Shown piece after piece: positions 20,864-30,272 of a stretch of 64,000 nt of DNA (positions within the stretch are counted from its first letter, which is position 1; the number at the start of each line of letters is the position of its first letter). Under the pieces are notes generated by a model. It did no database searches. It was not told where the DNA came from and was given only the letters and a program-made list of their open reading frames with translations. Origin of the DNA: Candidatus Bathyarchaeota archaeon (GTDB taxonomy: Archaea > Thermoproteota > Bathyarchaeia > 40CM-2-53-6); NCBI GenBank assembly GCA_963733055.1, contig CAVTBR010000003.1:640001-704000 (forward strand). Reading direction: 5' to 3'. The position numbers and the translations under genes were made by a program.

Positions 20864-21995
20864 TCACTCTATAACACGTATGTTCTTTCTTGTGCACATA
20901 TCTTTCAGAATCTTCGGCCAGACCGTGACGCTGACCTCACCAAGGTGAGCTTTCCGCAGCAGATACATGTAGGTCCGGGACTGCCCGATACCGCCCCCGA
21001 TGCTGAGAGGAAGTTCTCCGTTTATGATTCCTTGGTGGTATGGGAAGTTCAGGAAGTTCAATTGTCCTGAGAGTTCAAGTTGCTTCTTCAACGAGGCCGC
21101 GTTGACGCGAACGCCCATTGATGTAAGTTCGTGCCGACGCTTCGTCACAGGGTTCCAGACCAGAATATCGCCATTCAACCCATGCATGGGCCTCCCGTCT
21201 TCCGATCTTGTCTCTGTGACCCAGTCGTCGTAGTCTGCGGCCCTCATCTCATGTGGGTAACCATCTTTCAGAACCCAACCAATTCCAACAATGAAGATCG
21301 CAGGATATTTCTGGAGAATCGCGGTCTCGCGCTCTTTCCGTGGCATATCTGGGTATTTGTCTAGAATTTCTTCGGCGTGGAGGAATGTGATCTCTTCTGG
21401 CAAGTTTGGATATTTGTTGGTCTTGAGTTGGGGAAACGCCTGTTGCACATGTGTCTCCGCGCCTTTGAGAACCTTCCAGATCTTGCGAACGGTGTCCTTC
21501 AGGTAGGTGAGATTTCTCTCCTTTTCAGTGATTGCTTTTTCCCAATCCCACTGGTCCACGTACTGCGCTGTGGTCGTGGTCCAGAAAGTAGTCCTTACGA
21601 ACCGCACGCATATCGGTGCAGATTCCTTCCCCAACCTTCATCCCATACTGCTTGAGAGCCACCCTCTTCCATTTGGTTGCGGCCTGAACTACCTGAGCAT
21701 CGATCGGGTGCTTGTTATGGTCATTAGAGATGTGGAATTGCACCGGCGTTCTTGAACCGTCGCGGTCGAGCATATCGTTGACGCCGCTTTCCACATCGAC
21801 TATCAACGGAACTTGAACCATCATCAGGTTCAATTCCTTGCAAAGGTTCTGTTCGATGTAGTTCTTTGCCGCGAAAATTGCTTGTTGAGTATCTTTTGGA
21901 TTGAGCAGAGAACGGTAATCGTTAGGAAGAATCTTGTCCAAGTCCTCGTAGTTGCCGATTCCCGGCCCCGCGAGGTCAGCTTTCTTACTTGACAT
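20864..21995 (-). CDS. asnA: Aspartate--ammonia ligase (one +1 frameshift at ~21584)
   Basis: KWKR, TDMRAVR, HS(A)YVDQWDWE, RAADYDDW and SIGGGIGQSR motifs across two frames. Confidence 0.92.
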
Positions 21996-22263
21996 ACCCG
22001 TCGAACTTCGAAAACAATGTGCCCTTATTACGCCTGCCACTGTTTACCAAGAATGGCAAATGCGGCAGCCATACTCGCCAGTAAGAGCATGTAGAAGGTA
22101 GAACTCGTCCAGTCGAAAGACACTGTTTCCTGGGCTATTAGTGGATTCGATAACCAAAATCAGAGCTCAAATTTGCGCTTCCGCATCAGCTGTACAAAGA
22201 AAGGCCGGAAGGGACTAAAGCCCAGCCTAAGGTGGTATAATACACAAACGTCAGGTCAGAAGG

Positions 22264-23193
22264 ATGACGGAGCCTATTTCAAATCCTCTAATCATCATTG
22301 GGGCACCAAGCAGCGCCGGAGCTTATGCACCTGGACAGGAAAAGGCTCCGGGGGCTCTACGTGCTGCTGGTTTGCTCGAGTGCCTGCGCTCTCACGGCAT
22401 CCGTGTTGATGATCGGGGGGACGTTCCAGGTTTTCGATGGCGTGCCGACAGAGCAAATCCACGCGCCATGAACGCAGACAATGCCACAATGGTCGCTAGA
22501 GCTACCGCAGACCGCGTTGCCACCGCACTCGCTGAGGGTTCGGCAACGCTTGTCCTAGGTGGCGACTGTACAGTTGGACTGGGCACGGTGGCCGGCGGGC
22601 TTCGTGGGACTGAGAATATTGGGCTTGTTTACATTCACCTCGACACTGACTTGAACACACCAGAAAGCACTGAGGACGGGGCCCTCGACTGGATGGGAGT
22701 CGCACACATGCTCGGAATTCAGGGTACGGTACCAGGGCTCGCTGGATTTGGTCCGCGTGTACCGATGCTGCGCCCAGACCAAGTTCTCTTCTTCGCCAAT
22801 GACAACTCCAAGCCATTCGAGCGGAAGATCATTGAAGAACGAGGCATCGCGGAAGTTGGACTGGCGGCCGTCGTAGCCGATCCGTCTGGTGCTGCACGGT
22901 CTGTGGTGGACGGCTGGGCTCACCGCTTTGATCGCTTACTCGTTCATCTGGATCTTGACGCCCTTGACTTCCTCGATATGCCTCTAGCCGAAGAACGCCG
23001 TCGCAACAGAGGCCTCCGATTCGACCAACTCATGGCAAGTCTTCAGGTGTTCCTGCAGGCGCGGAATTGGGTTGGGCTAACGGTTACAGAGTTGAACCCT
23101 GACCATGGGGAAAGTGATGGCTCTACCTTACGTTCGTTTACCGAGAGGCTCTCGGACGCCTTATCCTCGTCCCCCCGGCTTCATAGCGACTAA
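22264..23193 (+). CDS. Arginase/ureohydrolase family protein with atypical metal ligands
   Basis: GGDCT, HLDTDLN, HLDLDALD and ELNPD motifs. Confidence 0.85.
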   Translation: MTEPISNPLIIIGAPSSAGAYAPGQEKAPGALRAAGLLECLRSHGIRVDDRGDVPGFRWRADRANPRAMNADNATMVARATADRVATALAEGSATLVLGGDCTVGLGTVAGGLRGTENIGLVYIHLDTDLNTPESTEDGALDWMGVAHMLGIQGTVPGLAGFGPRVPMLRPDQVLFFANDNSKPFERKIIEERGIAEVGLAAVVADPSGAARSVVDGWAHRFDRLLVHLDLDALDFLDMPLAEERRRNRGLRFDQLMASLQVFLQARNWVGLTVTELNPDHGESDGSTLRSFTERLSDALSSSPRLHSD

Positions 23194-23228
23194 CATTTGT
23201 AAACAGAAGCTCCAATAGTCCCATAAAA

Positions 23229-23335
23229 TGGTGGGCCCGGAGGGATTCGAACCCTCGACCAGCAGGTCCCTCAGGACTTCTTATGAGCTTCGACGTTCGA
23301 ATTCTGTCGCTCTAGCCTAGCTGAGCTACGGGCCC
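23229..23335 (-). tRNA. tRNA with CAT anticodon (probably Ile2); introns at 30/31 (23289-23303) and 37/38 (23268-23281); CCA encoded
   Basis: GGGCCCG acceptor, GCTC/GAGC D stem and TTCGAAT T loop; both introns fold as BHB motifs and splicing gives a 78-nt cloverleaf. Confidence 0.92.
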
Positions 23336-23502
23336 AAACACAGTCAGCCTCATGCACCCCAGTCAGAAAAAGCTTAGCACCAGCGCATTCCTGAGTGGAA
23401 CCGACCAATTCTGTTAGGTCCCATGTTGATTGGGTTGGTGAAAACGCATGAAATTCCTTATATTGACACCTAGCGGCATACGCACTCCTCTGTGATTAAT
23501 CA

Positions 23503-24297
23503 GTGCCGAATTCAACGCCAGTCACGGACATAGTAAAGGAAGCGCAACGGATTATTGACGAGGCCGAGAAAAGCCAGATAACCCTTCGCCTGTTCGGGGG
23601 TTTGGCGGTTCGGTTTCATTCTCCAAGCGCGACGCACAGGTCGCTGTCTCGCAAATACGCTGACATCGATTTTATGGGGTTGAAGAAGCAGGCGCGCAGC
23701 ATGAAGAAACTGTTCATAGGCCTCGGATACACGCCACGCGACATCTTCAACGCACTGCATGGAGACACCCGCCTCATCTTCAACGACATTGAAAATGGAA
23801 GACGGGTCGACATTTTCTTAGACGTATTCGAGATGTGTCATAAACTGAATTTCAAAGACCGCCTGCTGATTGACAAATACACGATTCCTCTCGCGGACCT
23901 GCTGGCGACGAAGCTTCAGGTGGTCGAAATAACCGAGAGGGAGTACCGTGATATAATCTCAATCCTGCACGACCACGAGATCTCAAACACGGAGACACCG
24001 GAAATGATTAACGGCCAATATCTCGCGGACCTATGCGCCGGGGACTGGAGGATATACAAGACATTCATGGTCAATTTGGAGAATATATCGACGGGGCTTG
24101 CTCAGTATCAACTTGACAAGGATACAGAGCAGACTGTACGAAAACGAATTGAGGATTTGAAGGGGCGAATAGAGAACGCGCCTAAGAGTATGGGCTGGAA
24201 GCTTAGAGCCAAGGTAGGCACGAAGAAGCAATGGTATGAGCTTCCTGAGATGGACAAAGAAGTCGTAGACTCACGCATTACTAAGGATGCAAACTGA
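23503..24297 (+). CDS. Putative nucleotidyltransferase-fold protein
   Basis: LFGGLAV...YADIDF (GG..DxD) plus a later VDIF motif. Confidence 0.65.
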   Translation: MPNSTPVTDIVKEAQRIIDEAEKSQITLRLFGGLAVRFHSPSATHRSLSRKYADIDFMGLKKQARSMKKLFIGLGYTPRDIFNALHGDTRLIFNDIENGRRVDIFLDVFEMCHKLNFKDRLLIDKYTIPLADLLATKLQVVEITEREYRDIISILHDHEISNTETPEMINGQYLADLCAGDWRIYKTFMVNLENISTGLAQYQLDKDTEQTVRKRIEDLKGRIENAPKSMGWKLRAKVGTKKQWYELPEMDKEVVDSRITKDAN

Positions 24298-24385
24298 ACC
24301 AAGGACATTAATGATTGAACTCTTGGCTTTTTCCTGTGGCGTTAAATAACTCGACCTGTTAACTAGATATGCGGAACTGTGTGAC

Positions 24386-24709
24386 ATGGAAGAAGCGAAC
24401 GAAGAAAAGAAAACGCCGACCAAATTAGAGATTGACCGGCCGCAAGATTTCAAATTCCATCTCGCATACGAGGTTTATTCGAAGGCTTGGGATGAAAACG
24501 CCTCCGACGAAGCTAGATCAAGGCTCAACGGACTCATATCAACCCTCGCCGACAATGCGGATGGGTTCACAGACTTTTACTCGCAGGTTCAGCAATACCG
24601 GGGAGGAACAGGATCCTTCGGCTCCGGCAGGACCAGAATTGAAACCAGCCGTAAACGCAGCTGGCAAAGAGAACAGAATCGCGCGGGTAGAGACCGAAGA
24701 CACCGATAG
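24386..24709 (+). CDS. Hypothetical protein with Arg-rich C-terminus
   Basis: 107-aa ATG ORF with an upstream TATA-like TTAAATA. Confidence 0.6.
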   Translation: MEEANEEKKTPTKLEIDRPQDFKFHLAYEVYSKAWDENASDEARSRLNGLISTLADNADGFTDFYSQVQQYRGGTGSFGSGRTRIETSRKRSWQREQNRAGRDRRHR

Positions 24710-24774
24710 CGCGTCCCGCTGCTTGAAACCTGAAGCTTAGATTTCCCGATTTATCCCGAAACGGAATGGTTTCG

Positions 24775-24892
24775 TGGTGCTCCGGGCGGGATTTTCAGCG
24801 AACGGCCGTTCGCTTTTGAACCCGCGTCGCTGACTCGAGAGGCCAACATACTTGACCGGGCTATATTCGGTAGCTTACGCTTCTACCGGAGC
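24775..24892 (-). tRNA. tRNA-Glu(CTC); introns at 10/11 (24866-24882) and 59/60 (24792-24814); CCA encoded
   Basis: GCTCCGG/CCGGAGC acceptor and CT-CTC-GA anticodon loop; removing the 17-nt and 23-nt BHB introns gives a 78-nt cloverleaf. Confidence 0.9.
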
Positions 24893-24961
24893 CCTGAAGC
24901 CCGGAGCAAGCCGACTTACGCGGTTACAATCTATTTTAAGCGTGCGTTAGAGCGTGGGGTC

Positions 24962-26598
24962 TTAGTAGTCACCCATGTCTCCGCCACCGCCTCTCGGTGG
25001 GGGCGCTGGTGGAGGTTTTGCGGCCGCTATGACGTCGTCAATTCTGAGTATCATCGAGGCAGCTTCGGTGGCTGATCGGATCGCATGTTCCTTAACCTTC
25101 ACTGGTTCTACGACTCCTTGTTTCTTCATATCCTTCACGCCGCCCTTGAACACGTCTACGCCCTGGTTTACTCCCTCTTTCTTGTCGTGCGCTGATCGAA
25201 GGGCGACCATAATATCGATTGGGTCGAGGCCCGCGTTTTCTGCGAGCGTTTTTGGAATTGCTTCGAGAGTCTCGGCGAACGCCTCTATCGCGAGTTGCTC
25301 ACGCCCACCGACTTTGCTCGCATAATCCCTGAGTCGCTTGGAGAGTTCAGCCTCAATTGCGCCCCCTCCGACTACAACTTTGGGTTTCTGAACCACATCA
25401 ATCACGACTGAGAGAGCATCCTTCAAAGCCCTTTCAGCTTCGTCCACTAGACGTTCAAGGCCTGCTCGAATCAGGACGCTAACAGATCGTGGGTCTTTGC
25501 ATCCTTCTATGAATACCATCTTGTCGTCCCCAATCTTTCTCTCTTCGACGAGGTCCGCCTTTCCTAGGTCTCCGGCTTTCAGGTCATCTAGGTTTGTCAC
25601 AATCCTCCCTCCAGTTGCTCTGCCGAGCTTTTCCATATCGGATTTCTTGATTCTTCTTACCGCGAGCATTTCCTTCCTTGGCCAGATAGTGTTGTGTAGT
25701 GTCGTCGATCCCTTTTTGGCAGAGCACCACGTTGGCGCCTGAAGCCTTGATTTTAGTGACCATCTCCTTCATCATTCGCGTCTCTTCGTCGAGAAAGGCT
25801 TTCATTTGGGACGGGTCGTTGATTCGGATCTCGGCTGAAATTTCGGTCTTCTCAATCTCTAACGCAGCGTCGAGAAGGGCGATCTTAGCGCTCTTTACCT
25901 GTTTCGGCATGCCTGGATGAACGACTTCCTTGTCTACGATTATTCCTCTAATCAATTGCGTATCCAGCAGGCTCTTCCCTTCCTTTTTCACAAGCTGGAT
26001 ATTGTCGATGTCGGCATACCAAGAATCACCACGTTTCTCCTTCACCTGTTGCACGGCTTCTATTGCGATGTCCGCGAAGTGCTCACGCGCGCCGCCCAAA
26101 CCTTTGCTGTGCATGGCGGTCATGGCGACTTTCTTCAGAGTGGCATTATCATCAGCTTTGATGGGTTCAGAAAGCGAGTCGAGAACTGCGATCGCTTTAT
26201 CGGCTGCTTTCTTGTAGCCCGCTACAATCGTAGTTGGATGAACTTCGTCGTCGAGAAGGTCCTGTGCTCGTTTGAGTAAACCACCCGCCAGCACGACGGC
26301 TGTCGTGGTTCCGTCGCCTACTTCGTCATCTTGCGTCTTCGCGACCTCAACGATCATTTTAGCCGCAGGATTTTGCACGTCCACCTCGTCCAACACAGTC
26401 GCGCCGTCATTCGTGACGGTTACATCGCCTAGACTGTCGACGAGCATCTTGTCCATTCCACGGGGGCCAAGAGTGGTTTTGACAACTTCGGCAACGATGA
26501 TCGCGGCAGTGATATTACTCCGCTGAGCATCTTGGCCGCGGTTGCGAGTAAGATCCTTCTTTCAATATGAGTACGGGTTGACCTGTCAAATAGGACAT
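24962..26598 (-). CDS. Thermosome (group II chaperonin) subunit; +1 frameshifts at ~26550 and ~25670
   Basis: [24 protein letters not shown] and ILRIDD motifs across three frames. Confidence 0.95.
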
Positions 26599-26602
26599 TT
26601 TT

Positions 26603-26617
26603 GTTACCTCAGGTGAC
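26603..26617. promoter_or_regulatory. Palindrome GTTAC-N5-GTGAC upstream of thermosome
   Basis: Matches the dnaK upstream site; overlaps the RBS. Confidence 0.4.
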
Positions 26618-26860
26618 TACTACATCATAAAAATCGGAGGTACATAAGTATTTTTCTGAGAGAGAGCTAAGCGACCTCCACGGCTGTAGAATGGCGTTCG
26701 CGAGCGCCTTCTGTGATAGTCTTAGTGGATGCGTTCTTCGATCCGCTTCTGTGAAGGTCAACTTCAGTTAGATCGAGGAGCTAGCGAAGTTATTATATTC
26801 GTCCGGACATGCGCAAGAAATCGTTCTCGTAATTCTCGGGAATGTTTGAGGAAAATCGGT

Positions 26861-27563
26861 TTGCCTGTTAATTTCATGGTTGGAGCTAAGAACCTCCGGA
26901 ATAGCACACTGATAACTGGCTTCCACGGTGTAGGCGAGACAGGCTACATTTCAGTTTCATACCTAGTTCACTCTTTGAACGCCAAGAGGATTGGTTTCAT
27001 AGATGTAGCCCACCCACCCCCCTTCATCGCCACCTCCGAAACCGGGCTCGTCACACCATTCGAAGTCTATCGGGCCGGGAGAATCATACTTGTGAAGCTG
27101 GAATTTTCACCACACAGAACAGAAGAGTCGGAATTTGCAAAGACGCTCGCCCAGTGGGCGATGAACAATAAATTCAGAGACGCCGTGATGATAGGTGGTT
27201 TGGACGCAAGTCTGCAGGAAGGGTCGGATTCGATTCGGATAGTTCCAACTGCAAGCTACCCGCCAAAAACTGTGAAGATGAAGCACACAATGCTAGAGCC
27301 AGGCCTCTTCGTTTACGGTCCCTTGGCCGTCATGCTTGGGGAATTCGAAAAACAAGACTTCCCCGCCGTCGCCGTCCTACCCTACGCCTCTGCCGAGCAC
27401 GCTGATCCCAAGGCCGCGGCGACCCGCGATCAAGGCCGTTTCGAAGGGTTACGGACTCAAAGTCGACGTGAAGGATTTGGAATACGATGCGGCGGATATT
27501 GAAGAGGAGATCGATAAGCGCCTACAACAAACGGCCCGATCGCTGCGGGGAATGTACGGTTAG
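26861..27563 (+). CDS. PAC2 family proteasome assembly chaperone (+1 frameshift at ~27424)
   Basis: ITGFHGVGETG, IGGLD, GPLA and DPKAAA motifs; C-terminal MYG (HbYX) in the shifted frame. Confidence 0.85.
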
Positions 27564-27636
27564 GCCGGAAATCTTACATTTGCGTAGCCAATTTGGGGAA
27601 AGTCGACGGTTTCACGAAGAGATTAGCTGATTACGG

Positions 27637-28896
27637 ATGCAATTACGGTTTCTCGGAGCTTGCCAAGAGGTAGGACGCTCCGCCGTTGCGGTCAAAACCG
27701 CGCGGAGTCAGATCCTCATGGATTACGGGGTCATGATAAATCATGAAGTGGGTTTCCCAGTTCATATCTCGCCCAAAGACTTGGACGCGGTGGTTCTCAC
27801 ACACGCGCACCTCGACCACAGCGGCCTGATCCCACTATTCTACGTTCATGCCCTAAAACTACCGGTCTACGGCGTTGAGCCAACATTCAAACTAACTAGC
27901 GTGCTCGTCCGTGACATGATCAAACTCAGCGGGTACTATCTACCCTTCGAGTATATCGACTTGGAGAGCATGATGGCTCATGCGGTTCCCGTGGATTATC
28001 ATTCACAATTCTCAGTGAACGATGCAAAGATTACTCTTGTAAACGCAGGCCACATACCCGGCAGCGCCCAGGTAATCGTTGAAAACGATGGGAAGCGCAT
28101 CCTCTACACGGGGGACTACAACCTCGTCCCGACACACCTGGTGGGCGGAGCTGATAGAGAGTACAACAACCTAGACGCACTGGTTATCGAGAGCACCTAC
28201 GCGGGGCAAGACCATCCCGATAGGGCGGAGTCGGAACGCAATTTCGTATTAGCGTGTAAAGAGGTCGTCGAAGGCGGCGGCACCGTTCTGGTTCCAGCTT
28301 TCGGCGTTGGCAGGTCTCAAGAGATACTTTGTATGCTCGCCGGCCACAATTTCACATACCCAGTCTCCGTGGACGGCATGGCGTTGGATGCCATTAGAAT
28401 GCTGGAGGAATACCCTAAGGCTCTGAAGGACGAGCAACTCTTCCGATCGGCGATGAGGGATGCCGACCAAATAAGAAACTGGCACGAGCGAAGACACGCA
28501 GCCCGCATGCCGGGTGTAATTGTTTCACCGGCGGGCATGCTGAAGGGCGGAGCCTCAGTGTTTTACATGGAAAACATTGCGTTGAAGGAAGGCAATGGCA
28601 TATTCCTAGTTAGTTATCAGGTTGAAGGTTCACCAGGCAGAATCCTCCTTGATGAGGGGCATTTCATTCTGCACGGTAAGACACGAAAAGTGAACGCTCG
28701 CGTCGAGAAATACGACTTCTCATCCCACGGGGGTAAGACACAGCTCCAAGAAACACTCAAAGAAGTCGCCAAGAGGACACGAGTCTTTGTCGTACACGGC
28801 GACCAGTCAAATTGCAAAGGCCTTGCGGATTGGGCGTCCCAAGAATTGGGCCTGCAGACTGCAACCCCAAAGCCCGGTGAAGTATTCGATGTCTGA
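27637..28896 (+). CDS. Beta-CASP metallo-beta-lactamase ribonuclease (aCPSF2-like, no KH domain)
   Basis: QEVGRS, HAHLDHSG, AGHIPGS, YTGD, ESTY, FSSH and VHG motifs. Confidence 0.92.
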   Translation: MQLRFLGACQEVGRSAVAVKTARSQILMDYGVMINHEVGFPVHISPKDLDAVVLTHAHLDHSGLIPLFYVHALKLPVYGVEPTFKLTSVLVRDMIKLSGYYLPFEYIDLESMMAHAVPVDYHSQFSVNDAKITLVNAGHIPGSAQVIVENDGKRILYTGDYNLVPTHLVGGADREYNNLDALVIESTYAGQDHPDRAESERNFVLACKEVVEGGGTVLVPAFGVGRSQEILCMLAGHNFTYPVSVDGMALDAIRMLEEYPKALKDEQLFRSAMRDADQIRNWHERRHAARMPGVIVSPAGMLKGGASVFYMENIALKEGNGIFLVSYQVEGSPGRILLDEGHFILHGKTRKVNARVEKYDFSSHGGKTQLQETLKEVAKRTRVFVVHGDQSNCKGLADWASQELGLQTATPKPGEVFDV

Positions 28897-29425
28897 TAAT
28901 TTGGGCCTAATTCAGATCGGCCCATCAACCGGCTACCCTCTCGACACGTTGAAGGAACAGGTTTCTCGGCGATTCACCCGATACCGAGTGGAGACGCTAG
29001 AGCCCATTGTGGAACCTGCGGAGGCTTACGATTCATTCCGCGACCAATACCACTCAACCCGCATTCTAGTAATCCTTGAGGAACTCGTTCAAACTGCTCA
29101 CGTGGAATTACTCCTAGGCGTTGCCCCTTGGGATCTTTACGTTCCGGGCATGAATTTTGTTTTCGGTGAAGCCAGATGCCCTGGGAGGGCCGCTGTGATC
29201 TCCACGTTTCGCCTCAGGCCGCAAACCCGTAACAATCCTGAACTCTTTGGAAAAAGAGTAGCCAAGGAAGCGGTGCATGAAATCGGACATATGTTAGGGC
29301 GGAAACATTGTACGAACCCCTTATGTGTCATGTATTTTTCCGAGCGATTATCTGACACCGACAGAAAACAGGAAGATTTCTGTGCTGAATGCGAGCAAAA
29401 TTTGAAGTGGTTAGAGGTTGAGTAA
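28889..29425 (+). CDS. amzA: Archaemetzincin zinc protease
   Basis: NFVFGEA and HEIGHMLGRKHC...CVM...FCAEC motifs. Confidence 0.92.
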   Translation: MSDNLGLIQIGPSTGYPLDTLKEQVSRRFTRYRVETLEPIVEPAEAYDSFRDQYHSTRILVILEELVQTAHVELLLGVAPWDLYVPGMNFVFGEARCPGRAAVISTFRLRPQTRNNPELFGKRVAKEAVHEIGHMLGRKHCTNPLCVMYFSERLSDTDRKQEDFCAECEQNLKWLEVE

Positions 29426-30272
29426 GAACAAATTCAAAGCCAAGCCTCAACAGCTAATCCCGGAAGTTCTCGCAGTCCTTCTGGCAGGGCTCCTTACTTA
29501 CAGCCTCCAAGCATCAAACGCCCCAATTGTGTCGATCACAATTTTCCCGGAAACCACTAGCGGAATCACTCTCAACGCAGGCATTTTCGTAATTCTGATG
29601 GCGGCTATGGGCACCCTGATGTACCTGTTCATAAAATTCGGGTTGAAGCGTGTCGTCAGATACCTAATCAACGTGGCACTTTTCGCCTTGGTCTTCTTCC
29701 TATTCACCTGGTATGGGACACTGTATGCAAACGTTCTCCCGGCGGTCTTGATGTCCTCGCCGTTGCCCTGGCTTGTAATTAGCTTGCTAGGTGCGATCGC
29801 TCTCGGTTTAGCCATCTACAGGTCGAAGGGCGTGCCACACTTTGCCGCAATCATCATCATCGGGGGGATGACGGGAACCTTCCTTGGCGTTTCCATACCC
29901 ACCTTGACGGGCATTGTGCTTCTGCTAGCCCTGGCTGGATATGATCTCTTCGCGGTGTACAAGGGTCCAATCGGGAAGATGGCTGAATCGACGGACCTGG
30001 AAGAATTCACGGGTGCCGTTTTCACATACGGCGACTTAACTGTTGGCATGGGAGACATGGTGTTTTACTCTATGCTTGCAAGCATTTCGATGATGAACTT
30101 CGGCTTCCTCCCATTCATTGCAGCAGCGTTCGGTGTAGTAATTGGGGCCTACCTTGGGTTTAAGATGTTAGAGGGCAGGGACATGTTTCCAGGACTGCCT
30201 TTCGCAATTGTACTCGGATTAGCTTTCATGTATATAACCTCCCAAGCTATCCACTTCCTGAAACCGACTTGA
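29418..30272 (+). CDS. Presenilin-like intramembrane aspartyl protease
   Basis: YD, GMGD (GxGD) and PGL motifs in a multi-TM protein. Confidence 0.88.
   Translation: MSKNKFKAKPQQLIPEVLAVLLAGLLTYSLQASNAPIVSITIFPETTSGITLNAGIFVILMAAMGTLMYLFIKFGLKRVVRYLINVALFALVFFLFTWYGTLYANVLPAVLMSSPLPWLVISLLGAIALGLAIYRSKGVPHFAAIIIIGGMTGTFLGVSIPTLTGIVLLLALAGYDLFAVYKGPIGKMAESTDLEEFTGAVFTYGDLTVGMGDMVFYSMLASISMMNFGFLPFIAAAFGVVIGAYLGFKMLEGRDMFPGLPFAIVLGLAFMYITSQAIHFLKPT

Noticed and set aside
24893-24907. Third intron in the tRNA-Glu acceptor stem (direct repeat GCTCCGG)
   Set aside because: No register gives a BHB motif with a valid mature sequence; the CCGG/CCGG register would remove U8.
24962-26598. Programmed frameshifting or true pseudogenisation of thermosome
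   Set aside because: No slippery heptamer, and the same +1 pattern appears in unrelated genes, which favours sequencing error.
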